NCBI RefSeq assembly: GCF_003334315.1
Contig: NZ_QOWR01000039.1
Strand: one strand, 5' to 3'
DNA: 44,728 nucleotides
Source: Escherichia coli
GTDB lineage: Bacteria > Pseudomonadota > Gammaproteobacteria > Enterobacterales > Enterobacteriaceae
Part shown: piece by piece, positions 1 to 10,665 of the stretch
Numbering within the stretch: position 1 is the stretch's first letter
Layout of the letters: each line of letters starts with the position of its first letter
Notes under the pieces: generated by a model
What the model was told of the DNA's origin: nothing
What the model saw: the letters and a program-made list of their open reading frames with translations, nothing else
Databases searched by the model: none
Program-made: the position numbers and the translations under genes

Positions 1-76
1 ACTGATGGAGATGGAAGCCACGGGAGCACCTCAAAAACACCATCATACACTAAATCAGTAAGTTGGCACCATTACC
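1..76 (-). mobile_element. IS1-family insertion sequence, left end (terminal inverted repeat plus first codons of insA); the element body lies beyond the left window edge
   Basis: Reverse complement of 1-76 reads GGTAATGGTGCCAACTTACTGATTTAGTGTATGATGGTGTTTTTGAGGTGCTCCCGTGGCTTCCATCTCCATCAGT. This is the IS1 terminal repeat (..GCCAACTTACTGAT) followed by the insA start GTG GCT TCC ATC TCC ATC (GTG at 21-19, minus strand). Recognised from memory of IS1; a few bases differ from the K-12 copy. Confidence 0.85.
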
Positions 77-527
77 TTCATGGGGATGGGCAACATGGCA
101 AGATAGGTGGGAGTCTATTCAATGGGAGGGTGATATATATAAAGATTATTTAGAAAACGAAAGCATGCAGAAGCAATTCATGAAATATTCAGGTGTCGAT
201 ATTGACCGAATGCTTAAAAAACAATTGGCAGGGCATATTGATTCGTGGGCAGTAAGATTTGTCTTTAATTGTTTTTTACAGAAAAAATTAGCTTCATACC
301 CGACTAAATCGTATATTACAAATATCGGTTCTGATGGGACAGGTACGCATCGGGGAGTTAATGAAGAATATATAGTGAATTACTCCTTAAATATTAATCT
401 GCCAACAAATTTGCTAAATGATCTATATGTAGATAAGGATATTTGGAAGCAGTTTAATTTATTTGTTAGGAAAAAATATTTTTTTCGGAGGGCTTTACTG
501 TTTATAAGAAGGAAATTTTATGCTTAA
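77..527 (+). pseudogene. 3' remnant of a putative O-antigen glycosyltransferase, truncated at its 5' side by the IS1 insertion
   Basis: The open frame runs from the IS1 boundary to the stop at 525-527. The TTG start in the ORF track (63) lies inside the IS1 inverted repeat and an in-frame stop sits at 51-53, so no native N-terminus is present. It is AT-rich and sits in the rfb cluster. The SWGWATWQDRW-type sequence looks glycosyltransferase-like, but the family was not determined. Confidence 0.55.
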
Positions 528-1631
528 AAAGCTATTAAAGAAGTTTTTCATTCGTTATGCGTATAAATCATTTAACAAAAGCGGTTCGAAAAAGGCATTA
601 TTATCATTTATCGTCCACCCCTATTTTTTCAAAACATTTAAGCATCCGAATATAATTGAGTTAGAATGTATAGTTTCTATTTTAGAAAAGATGGGTTACT
701 GTATTACGGTTGTAGATTATCGAAGAAAAAAAATTCATAAAAAATACGATTTAGTGTTGGGGTTTGGGGATTGCTTTGAATATGCTATAAATCATAACTA
801 TGGCACTAAGTTTATACTTTATTCAACAGGTTTTCCTGCTTTTATTCAAAACCAGAATGCTATCGAAGCATTTTTCCGTTTTAAACAAATGTACACTGAA
901 AAACAGAACATTGTATCTGATAAGTATATACGTTTAACTGAAAATGTTTGGCCCAGACAATTAATAGAAAGTGATGCTATTATCACTATAGGTAATGATT
1001 ATGTTAAATCATTATATGAACGATTTCACGATAAGATATATTGTATTCCATCTACAGCTTTTAAAATAATAACTCAGCAATCTACAACAATAAATTCTAT
1101 AAAAAAAATTCATTTTTGTGGTTTGGAGGGAAAGGGTGTATTCACAAGGGACTGGATTTATGTATAGCAGCAATAGCTGGCACAGAGTATAAGTTATACA
1201 TAGCAGGTCCTATAGACGATGAAATTTGTATTTTTAATGACATATTGAGTACTTATCCAGATAATTTTGAGTATCTTGGTTTTCTTTCTGTTAATACTGA
1301 AGAATTTTGCGAGGTAGTTGAGCATATCCCATTTTGTATATTGCCGTCATGTAGTGAAGCAATGGCTACCTCCATTGTGACGCTGGCTAGTAATTTCGGA
1401 ACGATTCCGTTAATTACAAAGGAATGTGGTTTTGACTTTGATAATGAAATCATAGAAATAAATTCATTAACTATTCAATCTGTTAAACAAGCATTATTTA
1501 AAGCGTCATTGTTGACTGAAGATGAAATTTATATTAGAAAATCTTCTATCAAAAGAAAATACAGTTCTTATCATAGCAATGAATCGTTTTACAGTAAATT
1601 TGAATATTCTCTAAAAGAAATACTTAGATAG
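520..1631 (+). pseudogene. GT1/GT4-type glycosyltransferase split by a frameshift in a T tract (ORFs 520-1167 and 1116-1631)
   Basis: The first ORF ends ..KKIHFCGLEGKGVF.. out of frame. The second frame reads (L)WFGGKGCIHKGLDLCI.., the typical start of the C-terminal Rossmann half of GT1 enzymes. The frames rejoin if the T5 run at 1113-1117 were T6 (cat ttt ttg tgg = HFLW). Confidence 0.7.
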
Positions 1632-1641
1632 GTAATTAACA

Positions 1642-2651
1642 GTGATCATCTATGATGGAATTATAGAAAAATTGCAGTCTGGCGGTGGTGTTACCGTAGT
1701 TTTTAATGAAATTGTCTCGAGGTTAACAGAATATAAATATATTAGCTATGACACTTGTTCTAAAATATCGATAGCTAGAAACAATATGATAAAACCATCA
1801 AGATTTTTGGAACGATATAGAGATTGTGTTATTCCTGATTACAATCCTCAAGATAAGGCTATATTTCATTCGACTTATTATAGATTACCTCATCATTTGA
1901 ACATACCAGTCATAACAACAGTTCATGATTTTACCTATGAAAAGTTCGTTGATGGTCCTGCGAAGAAGATTCATTCATGGCAAAAAAATAGAGCAATACG
2001 TCGGAGTGATATAATCATCTGTGTATCACAAAATACCGCAAATGACTTGATGAGATATTGTCCGGTAAATTCCAGTCGTATTCGTGTAATATATAATGGA
2101 GTTTCAGATGAATATTATCCTTTACCCGAAATTAATAATGTTGATTCTCAAAAAGTATTGTTTGTAGGGGCAAGAGGTGGTTATAAAAACTTTGAATTAG
2201 CAATAGATGCAGTTTCCTCTGTAGCCGGATTAGAGTTACATATAGTGGGGGGGGGGATTTAACAACACAAGAAAAAATAAAATTAGAAAGTAAATTGTCG
2301 GGTAGATATTTTTGGTTGGGTAAGCTTACAAATCAAGAGCTAAATATTGCATATAATAGTAGCTATGCGTTGCTTTATCCATCAAGTTATGAAGGTTTTG
2401 GAATCCCAATTATCGAGGCAATGCGTGCTGGTTGTCCAGTTATTGCTGCGAATTCGTCTTCAATACCTGAAGTTGCTGGCGATGCGGCAATATTAGTGGA
2501 TGATTTGAATATATCTACTTTTCGCGAAGCCCTATTAAGCATACCAGCATGTCGCAATGAATTGATCTCCGCAGGTTTCGCACAGTCTAGAAAATTTTCT
2601 TGGGAGCGCTGTTTCCAGGAAACGTTATTAGCTTATAATGAATTGCTTTAA
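1642..2651 (+). pseudogene. GT1/GT4-type glycosyltransferase split by a frameshift in a G10 homopolymer (ORFs 1642-2262 and 2295-2651)
   Basis: The N-terminal ORF ends ..LHIVGGGI*. The next frame continues DLTTQEKIKLESKLSGRYFWLGKLTNQEL..YPSSYEGFGIPIIEAMRAGCPVIA, which carries the canonical GT4 E-x7-E region. The G run at 2247-2256 is 10 nt; 11 G would give one continuous frame (VGGGDLTT). Confidence 0.75.
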
Positions 2652-2668
2652 TGTATAGTGAGATAAAA

Positions 2669-3793
2669 ATGAGCAAAAAAATCGCATTCCTCACAGGTGT
2701 TACTGGTCAAGATGGCTCTTATCTGGCCGAATTTCTTTTGGCTAAAGGTTATGAAGTTCACGGGATTAAACGTCGCGCATCTTCTTTTAATACAGAGCGA
2801 GTTGATCATATTTATCAAGCACCTCATCATAAAGACCCTAATTTCTTTCTTCATTATGGTGACTTAACAGATTCATCAAACCTGATACGTCTAATCAAAG
2901 AAATCCAACCAAACGAAGTTTATAACCTTGGCGCTCAATCTCATGTAGCGGTTTCATTCGAATCACCTGAATATACTGCTGACGTTGATGCGATGGGGAC
3001 TTTACGTCTGTTGGAGGCGATTCGTATTTGTGGGCTAGAGAAAAAAACACGTTTCTATCAGGCATCTACTTCTGAACTCTTCGGCTTAGTTCAGGAAATC
3101 CCGCAGCGAGAAACAACACCATTCTACCCTCGTTCGCCTTATGCTGTTGCGAAGATGTATGCATACTGGATTACTGTAAACTATCGTGAATCCTATGGAA
3201 TGTACGCCTGTAACGGTATTCTCTTCAACCATGAATCCCCGCGTCGTGGTGAAACATTCGTAACACGTAAAATCACTCGTGCTATTGCAAATATTTCGCA
3301 GGGAATCGAAAAATGTCTCTATCTTGGCAATATGGACTCACTGCGTGACTGGGGACATGCAAAAGATTACGTGCGTATGCAGTGGATGATGTTGCAGCAA
3401 GATCACCCAGAAGATTTTGTTATTGCAACAGGCAAACAAATTTCCGTACGTGAATTTGTTCGTATGTCCGCTAAAGAAGTAGGTCTGGAGTTAGAATTCT
3501 CCGGACAAGGTGTTGATGAAATAGCAACTGTTGTCAATAAAACATCTGACTGTGCTATTGGTGTAAGTATTGGGGATGTGATCGTTCGTGTTGATCCGCG
3601 TTATTTTCGTCCTGCAGAAGTTGAAACTCTTCTTGGTGATCCAGCAAAAGCGAAAAAAGTATTGGGTTGGGAACCAGAGATTACAGTTGAAGAGATGTGT
3701 GCAGAAATGGTTGCCAGTGATCTGGCGAAAGCAAAACAGCATGCACTTCTGAAAAGCCATGGTTACGATGTTGCAGTTTCTCTGGAGCGGTAA
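2669..3793 (+). CDS. gmd: GDP-mannose 4,6-dehydratase
   Basis: [36 protein letters not shown].. is near-collinear with E. coli Gmd. The ATG at 2669 is preferred over the ORF-track start at 2651 because it matches the Gmd N-terminus. Confidence 0.95.
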   Translation: MSKKIAFLTGVTGQDGSYLAEFLLAKGYEVHGIKRRASSFNTERVDHIYQAPHHKDPNFFLHYGDLTDSSNLIRLIKEIQPNEVYNLGAQSHVAVSFESPEYTADVDAMGTLRLLEAIRICGLEKKTRFYQASTSELFGLVQEIPQRETTPFYPRSPYAVAKMYAYWITVNYRESYGMYACNGILFNHESPRRGETFVTRKITRAIANISQGIEKCLYLGNMDSLRDWGHAKDYVRMQWMMLQQDHPEDFVIATGKQISVREFVRMSAKEVGLELEFSGQGVDEIATVVNKTSDCAIGVSIGDVIVRVDPRYFRPAEVETLLGDPAKAKKVLGWEPEITVEEMCAEMVASDLAKAKQHALLKSHGYDVAVSLER

Positions 3794-3796
3794 GGT

Positions 3797-4762
3797 ATGA
3801 CAAAAAAACGTATCTACGTTGCTGGTCACCGAGGTATGGTTGGCTCTGCTATTTGCCGTCAATTATCACTGCGTGATGATATCGAATTAGTGGTCAAAAC
3901 ACACAAAGAACTCGATCTAACCGTACAGAAGGATGTTGATGCATTTTTTGAGCAAGAGAAAATTGATCAGGTTTATCTTGCTGCTGCTAAAGTTGGTGGC
4001 ATTTATGCCAACAATACATTTCCGGCAGAATTCATCTATCAGAATCTCATGATTGAGAGTAATATTATTCATTCAGCTCACAAGGCCGGAATTCAAAAAT
4101 TACTTTTTTTAGGCTCAAGCTGTATTTATCCTAAATTCGCAGAGCAGCCGATGAACGAGTCTGCGCTTTTAACGGGCATACTTGAGCCAACTAATGAGCC
4201 ATACGCAATTGCTAAAATTGCGGGCATAAAATTATGTGAATCTTATAACCGTCAATATGGCCGTGATTATCGCAGTGTAATGCCTACTAATCTTTATGGC
4301 ATAAATGATAATTTCCACCCTGAAAACTCTCATGTTATTCCGGCACTCATGCGTAGATTCCATGAGGCAAAAGAGAGTGGTGCACCAGAAGTTATTGTCT
4401 GGGGAACCGGAACACCGATGCGTGAGTTTTTATATGTTGATGATATGGCTGCCGCATCTGTTCATGTAATGGAACTTGACGAAGCAATTTATCAACAAAA
4501 TACACAGCCTATGTTATCTCATATTAATGTTGGTACGGGTGTAGATTGTTCTATACGTGAAATGGCTGAAACAATGGCCTCTGTGGTGGGTTATCAAGGA
4601 AAAATTGTTTTTGATGTTACTAAACCTGATGGCACTCCGCGTAAACTTATGGACGTTACCCGGCTCAAAAACTTGGGCTGGCAATATCGCTATAATTTAC
4701 ATGAAGGCTTATCATTAACATATAAATGGTTTATTGAGAATATTAATTCTTTTCGGGGATAG
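3797..4762 (+). CDS. fcl: GDP-L-fucose synthase (GDP-4-keto-6-deoxymannose 3,5-epimerase/4-reductase)
   Basis: [31 protein letters not shown].. is typical Fcl/WcaG, and the gene lies immediately after gmd. Confidence 0.93.
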   Translation: MTKKRIYVAGHRGMVGSAICRQLSLRDDIELVVKTHKELDLTVQKDVDAFFEQEKIDQVYLAAAKVGGIYANNTFPAEFIYQNLMIESNIIHSAHKAGIQKLLFLGSSCIYPKFAEQPMNESALLTGILEPTNEPYAIAKIAGIKLCESYNRQYGRDYRSVMPTNLYGINDNFHPENSHVIPALMRRFHEAKESGAPEVIVWGTGTPMREFLYVDDMAAASVHVMELDEAIYQQNTQPMLSHINVGTGVDCSIREMAETMASVVGYQGKIVFDVTKPDGTPRKLMDVTRLKNLGWQYRYNLHEGLSLTYKWFIENINSFRG

Positions 4763-4764
4763 TT

Positions 4765-5226
4765 ATGAACAAGAGATTGGAACGTGAGCTATTTAAAACA
4801 ATAGTTGAGCATACTCCTCTAATCTCGATTGATCTCATAATTAGAAACGATAAAGGAGAGGCGCTGCTGGGGCAGCGCCTGAATCGCCCAGCACAAAATT
4901 ATTGGTTTGTGCCAGGAGGGCGAATTTATAAGGATGAGTCATTCGAGGTTGCATTTAAACGGATAACATTTGAAGAGTTGGGCGTTAAAATTAGTCTTAA
5001 TGACGCCTTATTTCTTGGGGTGTATGAACATTTTTACAATGATAATTTTTCTGAAGCAGAATTTTCTACACACTATGTAGTGCATGGATATGAAATCCAA
5101 CTTAATCCTCAGCAACTTCACCTACCAACGGTCCAGCATAATTCCTACAAGTGGTTTGATGTAGTAACGTTGCTTAATAGCACTATAGTTCATCAATATA
5201 CCAAAAATTATTTTATACCAAGGTAA
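4765..5226 (+). CDS. gmm: GDP-mannose mannosyl hydrolase (Nudix)
   Basis: Nudix box GGRIYKDESFEVAFKRITFEELG. Position between fcl and manC matches other fucose/colitose O-antigen clusters. Confidence 0.85.
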   Translation: MNKRLERELFKTIVEHTPLISIDLIIRNDKGEALLGQRLNRPAQNYWFVPGGRIYKDESFEVAFKRITFEELGVKISLNDALFLGVYEHFYNDNFSEAEFSTHYVVHGYEIQLNPQQLHLPTVQHNSYKWFDVVTLLNSTIVHQYTKNYFIPR

Positions 5227-5231
5227 TACAT

Positions 5232-6638
5232 ATGCTACTTCCCGTTGTCATGGCCGGTGGTTCAGGTACCAGATTATGGCCTCTTTCACGTACACTTTAT
5301 CCGAAACAATTTCTGTCTTTAAATAGTCGTTTAACCATGTTGCAAGAGACATTGCGGCGGCTTGACAAGATCGAACATAAACCCGCTTTGGTCATTTGTA
5401 ACGAATCACATCGCTTTATCGTTGCTGAACAATTGCGTAAAGAGGGTTTAAAGCATAGTGGTATTTTGCTTGAGCCTGTGGGTCGTAATACTGCGCCTGC
5501 TGTAGCACTCGCAGCACTTCAAGCTATGGTAACTGGAGATGATCCTATTCTGTTGGTTCTTGCTGCTGATCATGAAATCCAGAATGAGGATAATTTCATT
5601 GATGCAGTTCTTGCAGCCAAGAATTTTGCAGAGCAGGGTAAGCTTGTTACGTTTGGTATTGTTCCAACATCCCCAGAGACTGGCTATGGTTACATTAAGT
5701 CAGGTGAATCTTTGGATGGAAAAGGTTACAAAGTTGCGGCTTTTGTTGAAAAACCAGAGCTTCACGTAGCTCAGCGGTATATATCAGATGGCGGTTATCT
5801 TTGGAATAGTGGGATGTTTATGTTCAGAGCATCTGTATTTATCGATGAACTGAAAAAATTCCGACCAGATATTTTAGCCAGTTGCCAAAGCTCTCTGTCC
5901 TCTTCGACACAAGATTTAGATTTTATCCGTCTGGATAACTCTTCATTTTCTTGCTGTCCTGAAGAGTCGATTGATTATGCCGTTATGGAAAAAACAGCCG
6001 AAGCTGTCGTCGTTCCATTAAATGCGCAATGGAGTGATGTTGGGTCATGGTCTGCATTGTGGGAAATAAGTTCAAAAGACCAAAGCGGCAATGCCATTCG
6101 TGGTGATGTATTGGTGGAAGATGCTACAGATAGTTATCTTTATTCGCAGCATAGACTTATTGGTGCCGTGGGCGTAAAGGATTTGGTTGTTGTTGAAACG
6201 AAAGATGCCGTATTAGTTGCTCATAAAGACAAAGTTCAGCAAGTTAAAAATATTGTCGCTCAACTTAAAAAAAATAATCGAACAGAATATTTACAGCATC
6301 GGGAAATTTTTCGGCCCTGGGGCAGTCATGATACTATAGCTGAAGGGCCGCGCTTTCAAGTGAAACATGTGATTGTATTACCTGGTCACATTACCGCTAA
6401 GCAGATTCATTACCATCGTACTGAGCATTGGATTGTTGTCTCGGGGACAGCTAAAGTTCATCTTGAAGATAAGACTTATCTTGTTTCTGAAAATGAATCA
6501 ACATACATACCTGTTGGTGTTCCACATGCCATTGAAAATCCTGGCAAGATCCCACTCGAAATAATTGAGGTTAGATCAGGAGTCTACCTTGAAGAGGATG
6601 ATGTTATAAGAGTTCCTTCTTCTGGAGTAGGATACTAA
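5232..6638 (+). CDS. manC: mannose-1-phosphate guanylyltransferase (bifunctional ManC type with C-terminal cupin)
   Basis: MLLPVVMAGGSGTRLWPLSR..; the C-terminal cupin region has ..HYHRTEHWIVVSG.. Confidence 0.93.
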   Translation: MLLPVVMAGGSGTRLWPLSRTLYPKQFLSLNSRLTMLQETLRRLDKIEHKPALVICNESHRFIVAEQLRKEGLKHSGILLEPVGRNTAPAVALAALQAMVTGDDPILLVLAADHEIQNEDNFIDAVLAAKNFAEQGKLVTFGIVPTSPETGYGYIKSGESLDGKGYKVAAFVEKPELHVAQRYISDGGYLWNSGMFMFRASVFIDELKKFRPDILASCQSSLSSSTQDLDFIRLDNSSFSCCPEESIDYAVMEKTAEAVVVPLNAQWSDVGSWSALWEISSKDQSGNAIRGDVLVEDATDSYLYSQHRLIGAVGVKDLVVVETKDAVLVAHKDKVQQVKNIVAQLKKNNRTEYLQHREIFRPWGSHDTIAEGPRFQVKHVIVLPGHITAKQIHYHRTEHWIVVSGTAKVHLEDKTYLVSENESTYIPVGVPHAIENPGKIPLEIIEVRSGVYLEEDDVIRVPSSGVGY

Positions 6639-7384
6639 TGCGAATTTCTATTATCACAGCTACTTATAATAGTGAAAAAACTCTCCTTGATACATTACTT
6701 TCTCTAGAAAAGCAAACGCATCCAGATATTGAATATATAGTTGTAGATGGAGCATCGAAAGATAATACAATTAAGCTGATTAAGAGTAATTGTACAAAAG
6801 TTTCAAAAATCATTTGCGAACCCGATAAGGGCATTTATGATGCTCTGAATAAAGGTATTCAAGCAGCTTCGGGTGATGTTATTGGTTTTTTACATTCTGA
6901 TGACTTATTTGCTTATGATGATGCTATTGCAGATATAGCAAAAACATTTGAAAGTACAGGATGTGATGCTATTTATGGCGATTTGGAGTATGTTGCCCAA
7001 AATGATACGACTAAACGTATTAGATTATGGAAAAGTGGTTCATTTAGTCGTTTCAAGATGAAAGTGGGTTGGATGCCGCCACACCCATCATTTTATATGA
7101 AACGCGAATGTTATAGTCAGTTTGGTAGTTTTTCTTTAGATTATCGAATATCTGCTGATTATGACTCATTATTACGATATATTTTAAAACAACGTATTTC
7201 GATAGCATATTTACCAAAAGTCTTAGTGAAGATGCGTGTTGGTGGAATTAGCAATCGTTCAGTATCTTCAATGGTCAAGAAGTCAATGGAAGACATTCGT
7301 ATTATGAAACAGAATGGTATTATCTGGCCACTTGCTTTAGCGTATAAAAATATATCCAAACTTCCTCAATTTATTAAAAAGTAA
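6638..7384 (+). CDS. family-2 glycosyltransferase
   Basis: MRISIITATYNSEKTL..YIVVDGASKDNT..HSDD carries the GT2 signature. The start overlaps the manC stop (TAATG). Confidence 0.8.
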   Translation: MRISIITATYNSEKTLLDTLLSLEKQTHPDIEYIVVDGASKDNTIKLIKSNCTKVSKIICEPDKGIYDALNKGIQAASGDVIGFLHSDDLFAYDDAIADIAKTFESTGCDAIYGDLEYVAQNDTTKRIRLWKSGSFSRFKMKVGWMPPHPSFYMKRECYSQFGSFSLDYRISADYDSLLRYILKQRISIAYLPKVLVKMRVGGISNRSVSSMVKKSMEDIRIMKQNGIIWPLALAYKNISKLPQFIKK

Positions 7385-7389
7385 TCATC

Positions 7390-8814
7390 ATGTTAAATGT
7401 TAAAAAAATCATTAACGATAGTAATATTGCGTTCGGTACTAGTGGTGCTCGCGGTTTAGTGATCGATTTTTCCCATGATGTTTGTGCTGCGTTCACTCAT
7501 GCGTTTCTTTCTGTTATTGATGACAAATACAATTTTAATAAAGTTGCCTTAGCCATTGATAACCGCCCAAGTAGTTACGAAATTGCTCAGGCATGCGCGT
7601 ATGCTATAAAACAACATGGATTCGAGGTTGAATATCATGGTGTAATTCCGACTCCTGCATTAGCTCATTATTCGATGCAGAAAAACATTCCCTGCATAAT
7701 GGTCACAGGGAGTCATATCCCTTTTGATCGTAATGGCTTAAAATTCTACAGACCTGATGGTGAAATCACTAAAGAGGATGAGCTCGCAATTATAAATAGT
7801 GAGTATACATTTTCGCCTGTAGGTGAATTACCTCATCTTGAAACAAGCACTCAAGGTGCAGACTACTACCTCGAGCGTTATGTTTCTCTTTTTAATCCCG
7901 AGATTTTAAAGGGGAAAAGAATAGGGGTATATGAACATTCTAGTGCGGGACGTGATTTATATGCTCCTCTTTTTAATCAAATGGGTGCAGAGGTCATTTC
8001 CCTCGGTAGGAGTGATGAGTTCGTTCCGATTGATACGGAAGCAGTAAGCGATGAAGATCGTATACTTGCAAGAGAGTGGTCTAAAAAATATAATCTTGAT
8101 GCTATTTTCTCAACAGATGGCGATGGTGATCGTCCTTTAGTTGCCGATGAAAATGGTGAATGGTTAAGAGGCGATATTCTGGGACTACTTACTGCTATTG
8201 AACTTAATATCAAGGCGTTGGCTATTCCAGTGAGTTGTAATACAGCAATTGAAGAGTCTAATAAATTTGCAAGTATACAACGAACGAAAATAGGTTCTCC
8301 TTATGTAATTGCAGCATTTGCAGATCTTGCTAAGCAATTTGATTCAGTCGCTGGTTTTGAAGCTAATGGTGGTTTTCTCCTTGCCTCCGATTTACAAATT
8401 AATGGCAAGGAATTAAAATCGTTACCTACACGAGATGCTGTGTTACCAGCATTAATGCTCTTAATAGCTTCTCGCAATAGTACTATTTCTCAACTGATTA
8501 ATAATCTTCCTCAGCGATTCACTTGGTCAGATAGAGTTAAAAACTTCCCTTCAGATTCAAGTCAACAAATTATAAAAAATGCCATATCGTCACCCAATAA
8601 TTTCTTTAATAGTTTAGGTTATGAATCATTATCCTGTTCCGCTATTGATGAAACGGATGGTGCAAGATTTACTTTAAATAATGGTGATATTATACATCTC
8701 CGTCCTTCCGGTAATGCTCCAGAACTCCGTTGTTATGCTGAGGCCAGTGATGAAAATCAGGCTAAGCAATATGTTACGAATGTGCTGGGAAATATTACCT
8801 CTTTGATTTCTTGA
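7390..8814 (+). CDS. manB: phosphomannomutase (RfbK-like type)
   Basis: The N-terminus ..IAFGTSGARGLV.. and the active-site loop TGSHIPFDRNGLKF resemble Salmonella RfbK-type phosphomannomutases. It is the last gene before gnd. Confidence 0.85.
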   Translation: MLNVKKIINDSNIAFGTSGARGLVIDFSHDVCAAFTHAFLSVIDDKYNFNKVALAIDNRPSSYEIAQACAYAIKQHGFEVEYHGVIPTPALAHYSMQKNIPCIMVTGSHIPFDRNGLKFYRPDGEITKEDELAIINSEYTFSPVGELPHLETSTQGADYYLERYVSLFNPEILKGKRIGVYEHSSAGRDLYAPLFNQMGAEVISLGRSDEFVPIDTEAVSDEDRILAREWSKKYNLDAIFSTDGDGDRPLVADENGEWLRGDILGLLTAIELNIKALAIPVSCNTAIEESNKFASIQRTKIGSPYVIAAFADLAKQFDSVAGFEANGGFLLASDLQINGKELKSLPTRDAVLPALMLLIASRNSTISQLINNLPQRFTWSDRVKNFPSDSSQQIIKNAISSPNNFFNSLGYESLSCSAIDETDGARFTLNNGDIIHLRPSGNAPELRCYAEASDENQAKQYVTNVLGNITSLIS

Positions 8815-9010
8815 TGTTATAGGTTTATCTACGCTTTTATGTGTGCGTAGGTTTGATTACACGTAGATGCCGGTATACAGAATTGAAGAACGGTATTTGT
8901 TGCATTAATGAAATTCAGCACTACACACATTCGTGCAACTTGAGATAACATCTCAATCATATTCAAGTCGCGCATACATCGCGGTGAACACCCCCTGACA
9001 GGAGTAAACA

Positions 9011-10417
9011 ATGTCAAAGCAACAGATCGGCGTCGTCGGTATGGCAGTGATGGGGCGCAACCTTGCGCTCAACATCGAAAGCCGTGGTTATACCGTCTCT
9101 ATTTTCAACCGTTCCCGTGAGAAAACGGAAGAAGTGATTGCCGAAAATCCAGGCAAGAAACTGGTTCCTTACTATACGGTGAAAGAGTTTGTTGAATCTC
9201 TGGAAACGCCTCGTCGCATCCTGTTAATGGTGAAAGCAGGTGCAGGCACGGATGCTGCTATTGATTCCCTCAAACCATATCTCGATAAAGGCGACATCAT
9301 CATTGATGGTGGTAACACCTTCTTCCAGGACACCATTCGTCGTAATCGTGAGCTTTCTGCAGAAGGCTTTAACTTCATTGGTACCGGTGTTTCCGGCGGT
9401 GAAGAAGGTGCGCTGAAAGGTCCTTCCATTATGCCTGGTGGGCAGAAAGAAGCCTATGAACTGGTTGCACCGATCCTGACCAAAATCGCCGCAGTAGCTG
9501 AAGACGGTGAGCCATGCGTTACCTATATTGGTGCCGATGGTGCAGGTCATTATGTGAAGATGGTTCACAACGGTATTGAATACGGCGATATGCAGCTGAT
9601 TGCTGAAGCCTATTCTCTGCTTAAAGGTGGCTTGAACCTCACCAACGAAGAACTGGCGCAGACCTTTACCGAGTGGAATAACGGTGAACTGAGCAGCTAC
9701 CTGATCGACATCACCAAAGATATCTTCACCAAAAAAGATGAAGACGGTAACTACCTGGTTGATGTGATCCTGGATGAAGCGGCTAACAAAGGTACCGGTA
9801 AATGGACCAGCCAGAGCGCACTGGATCTCGGCGAACCGCTGTCGCTGATTACCGAGTCTGTGTTTGCACGTTATATCTCTTCTCTGAAAGATCAGCGTGT
9901 TGCCGCGTCTAAAGTTCTCACTGGCCCGAAAGCGCAGCCAGCAGGCGATAAGGCTGAGTTCATCGAGAAAGTTCGTCGTGCTCTGTATCTGGGCAAAATC
10001 GTTTCTTACGCTCAGGGCTTCTCTCAGCTGCGTGCTGCGTCTGAAGAGTACAACTGGGATCTGAACTACGGCGAAATCGCGAAGATTTTCCGTGCTGGCT
10101 GCATCATCCGTGCGCAGTTCCTGCAGAAAATCACCGATGCATATGCCGAAAATCCGCAGATCGCTAACCTGTTGCTGGCTCCTTACTTCAAGCAAATTGC
10201 CGATGACTACCAGCAGGCGCTGCGCGATGTCGTCGCTTACGCAGTACAGAACGGTATCCCGGTTCCGACCTTCGCTGCTGCGGTTGCCTATTACGATAGC
10301 TACCGTGCCGCTGTTCTGCCTGCGAACCTGATCCAGGCACAGCGTGACTATTTCGGTGCACATACTTATAAGCGCATTGATAAAGACGGTGTGTTCCATA
10401 CCGAATGGCTGGATTAA
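9011..10417 (+). CDS. gnd: 6-phosphogluconate dehydrogenase (decarboxylating)
   Basis: [30 protein letters not shown].. matches E. coli Gnd over its full length (468 aa). Confidence 0.98.
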   Translation: MSKQQIGVVGMAVMGRNLALNIESRGYTVSIFNRSREKTEEVIAENPGKKLVPYYTVKEFVESLETPRRILLMVKAGAGTDAAIDSLKPYLDKGDIIIDGGNTFFQDTIRRNRELSAEGFNFIGTGVSGGEEGALKGPSIMPGGQKEAYELVAPILTKIAAVAEDGEPCVTYIGADGAGHYVKMVHNGIEYGDMQLIAEAYSLLKGGLNLTNEELAQTFTEWNNGELSSYLIDITKDIFTKKDEDGNYLVDVILDEAANKGTGKWTSQSALDLGEPLSLITESVFARYISSLKDQRVAASKVLTGPKAQPAGDKAEFIEKVRRALYLGKIVSYAQGFSQLRAASEEYNWDLNYGEIAKIFRAGCIIRAQFLQKITDAYAENPQIANLLLAPYFKQIADDYQQALRDVVAYAVQNGIPVPTFAAAVAYYDSYRAAVLPANLIQAQRDYFGAHTYKRIDKDGVFHTEWLD

Positions 10418-10446
10418 TCTGATTTAAATCAATTAATCAATGCAAG

Positions 10447-10473
10447 GCCCGGAGAAACCCTCCGGGCTTTTTT
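10447..10473 (+). terminator. rho-independent terminator of gnd
   Basis: Stem GCCCGGAG (10447-10454) pairs with CTCCGGGC (10460-10467), followed by T6. Confidence 0.8.
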
Positions 10474-10665
10474 ATTATACAAAGCGGCAGGTTATGGCCT
10501 TTTTTTATAATTTATAGTTAAAAACGCGATATAATACAGCGCCGCACAGCAGGATCGCTGCCTTGACAGTTCATCTACATCAGCGTTAAAAATCCCGCAG
10601 TAGATGAAGTTGTGGTGGTGGATTAATGACCACTCTAAATGTTTAACCGGAAGAAGTCAGAGCTA

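Noticed and set aside
1-8814. A sharp drop in GC content over the left 8.8 kb, which might look like a novel island.
   Set aside because: This is the classic signature of O-antigen (rfb) clusters located upstream of gnd, so it is fully explained.
9224-10399. A 391-aa ORF antisense to gnd. Similar long antisense ORFs occur at 33535-34458, 34549-35391, 16403-16912, 18820-19284 and 41659-42168.
   Set aside because: These are shadow ORFs on the opposite strand of well-identified, high-GC genes. Their sequences are rich in Arg/Cys/Thr nonsense and show no motifs or ribosome-binding sites.
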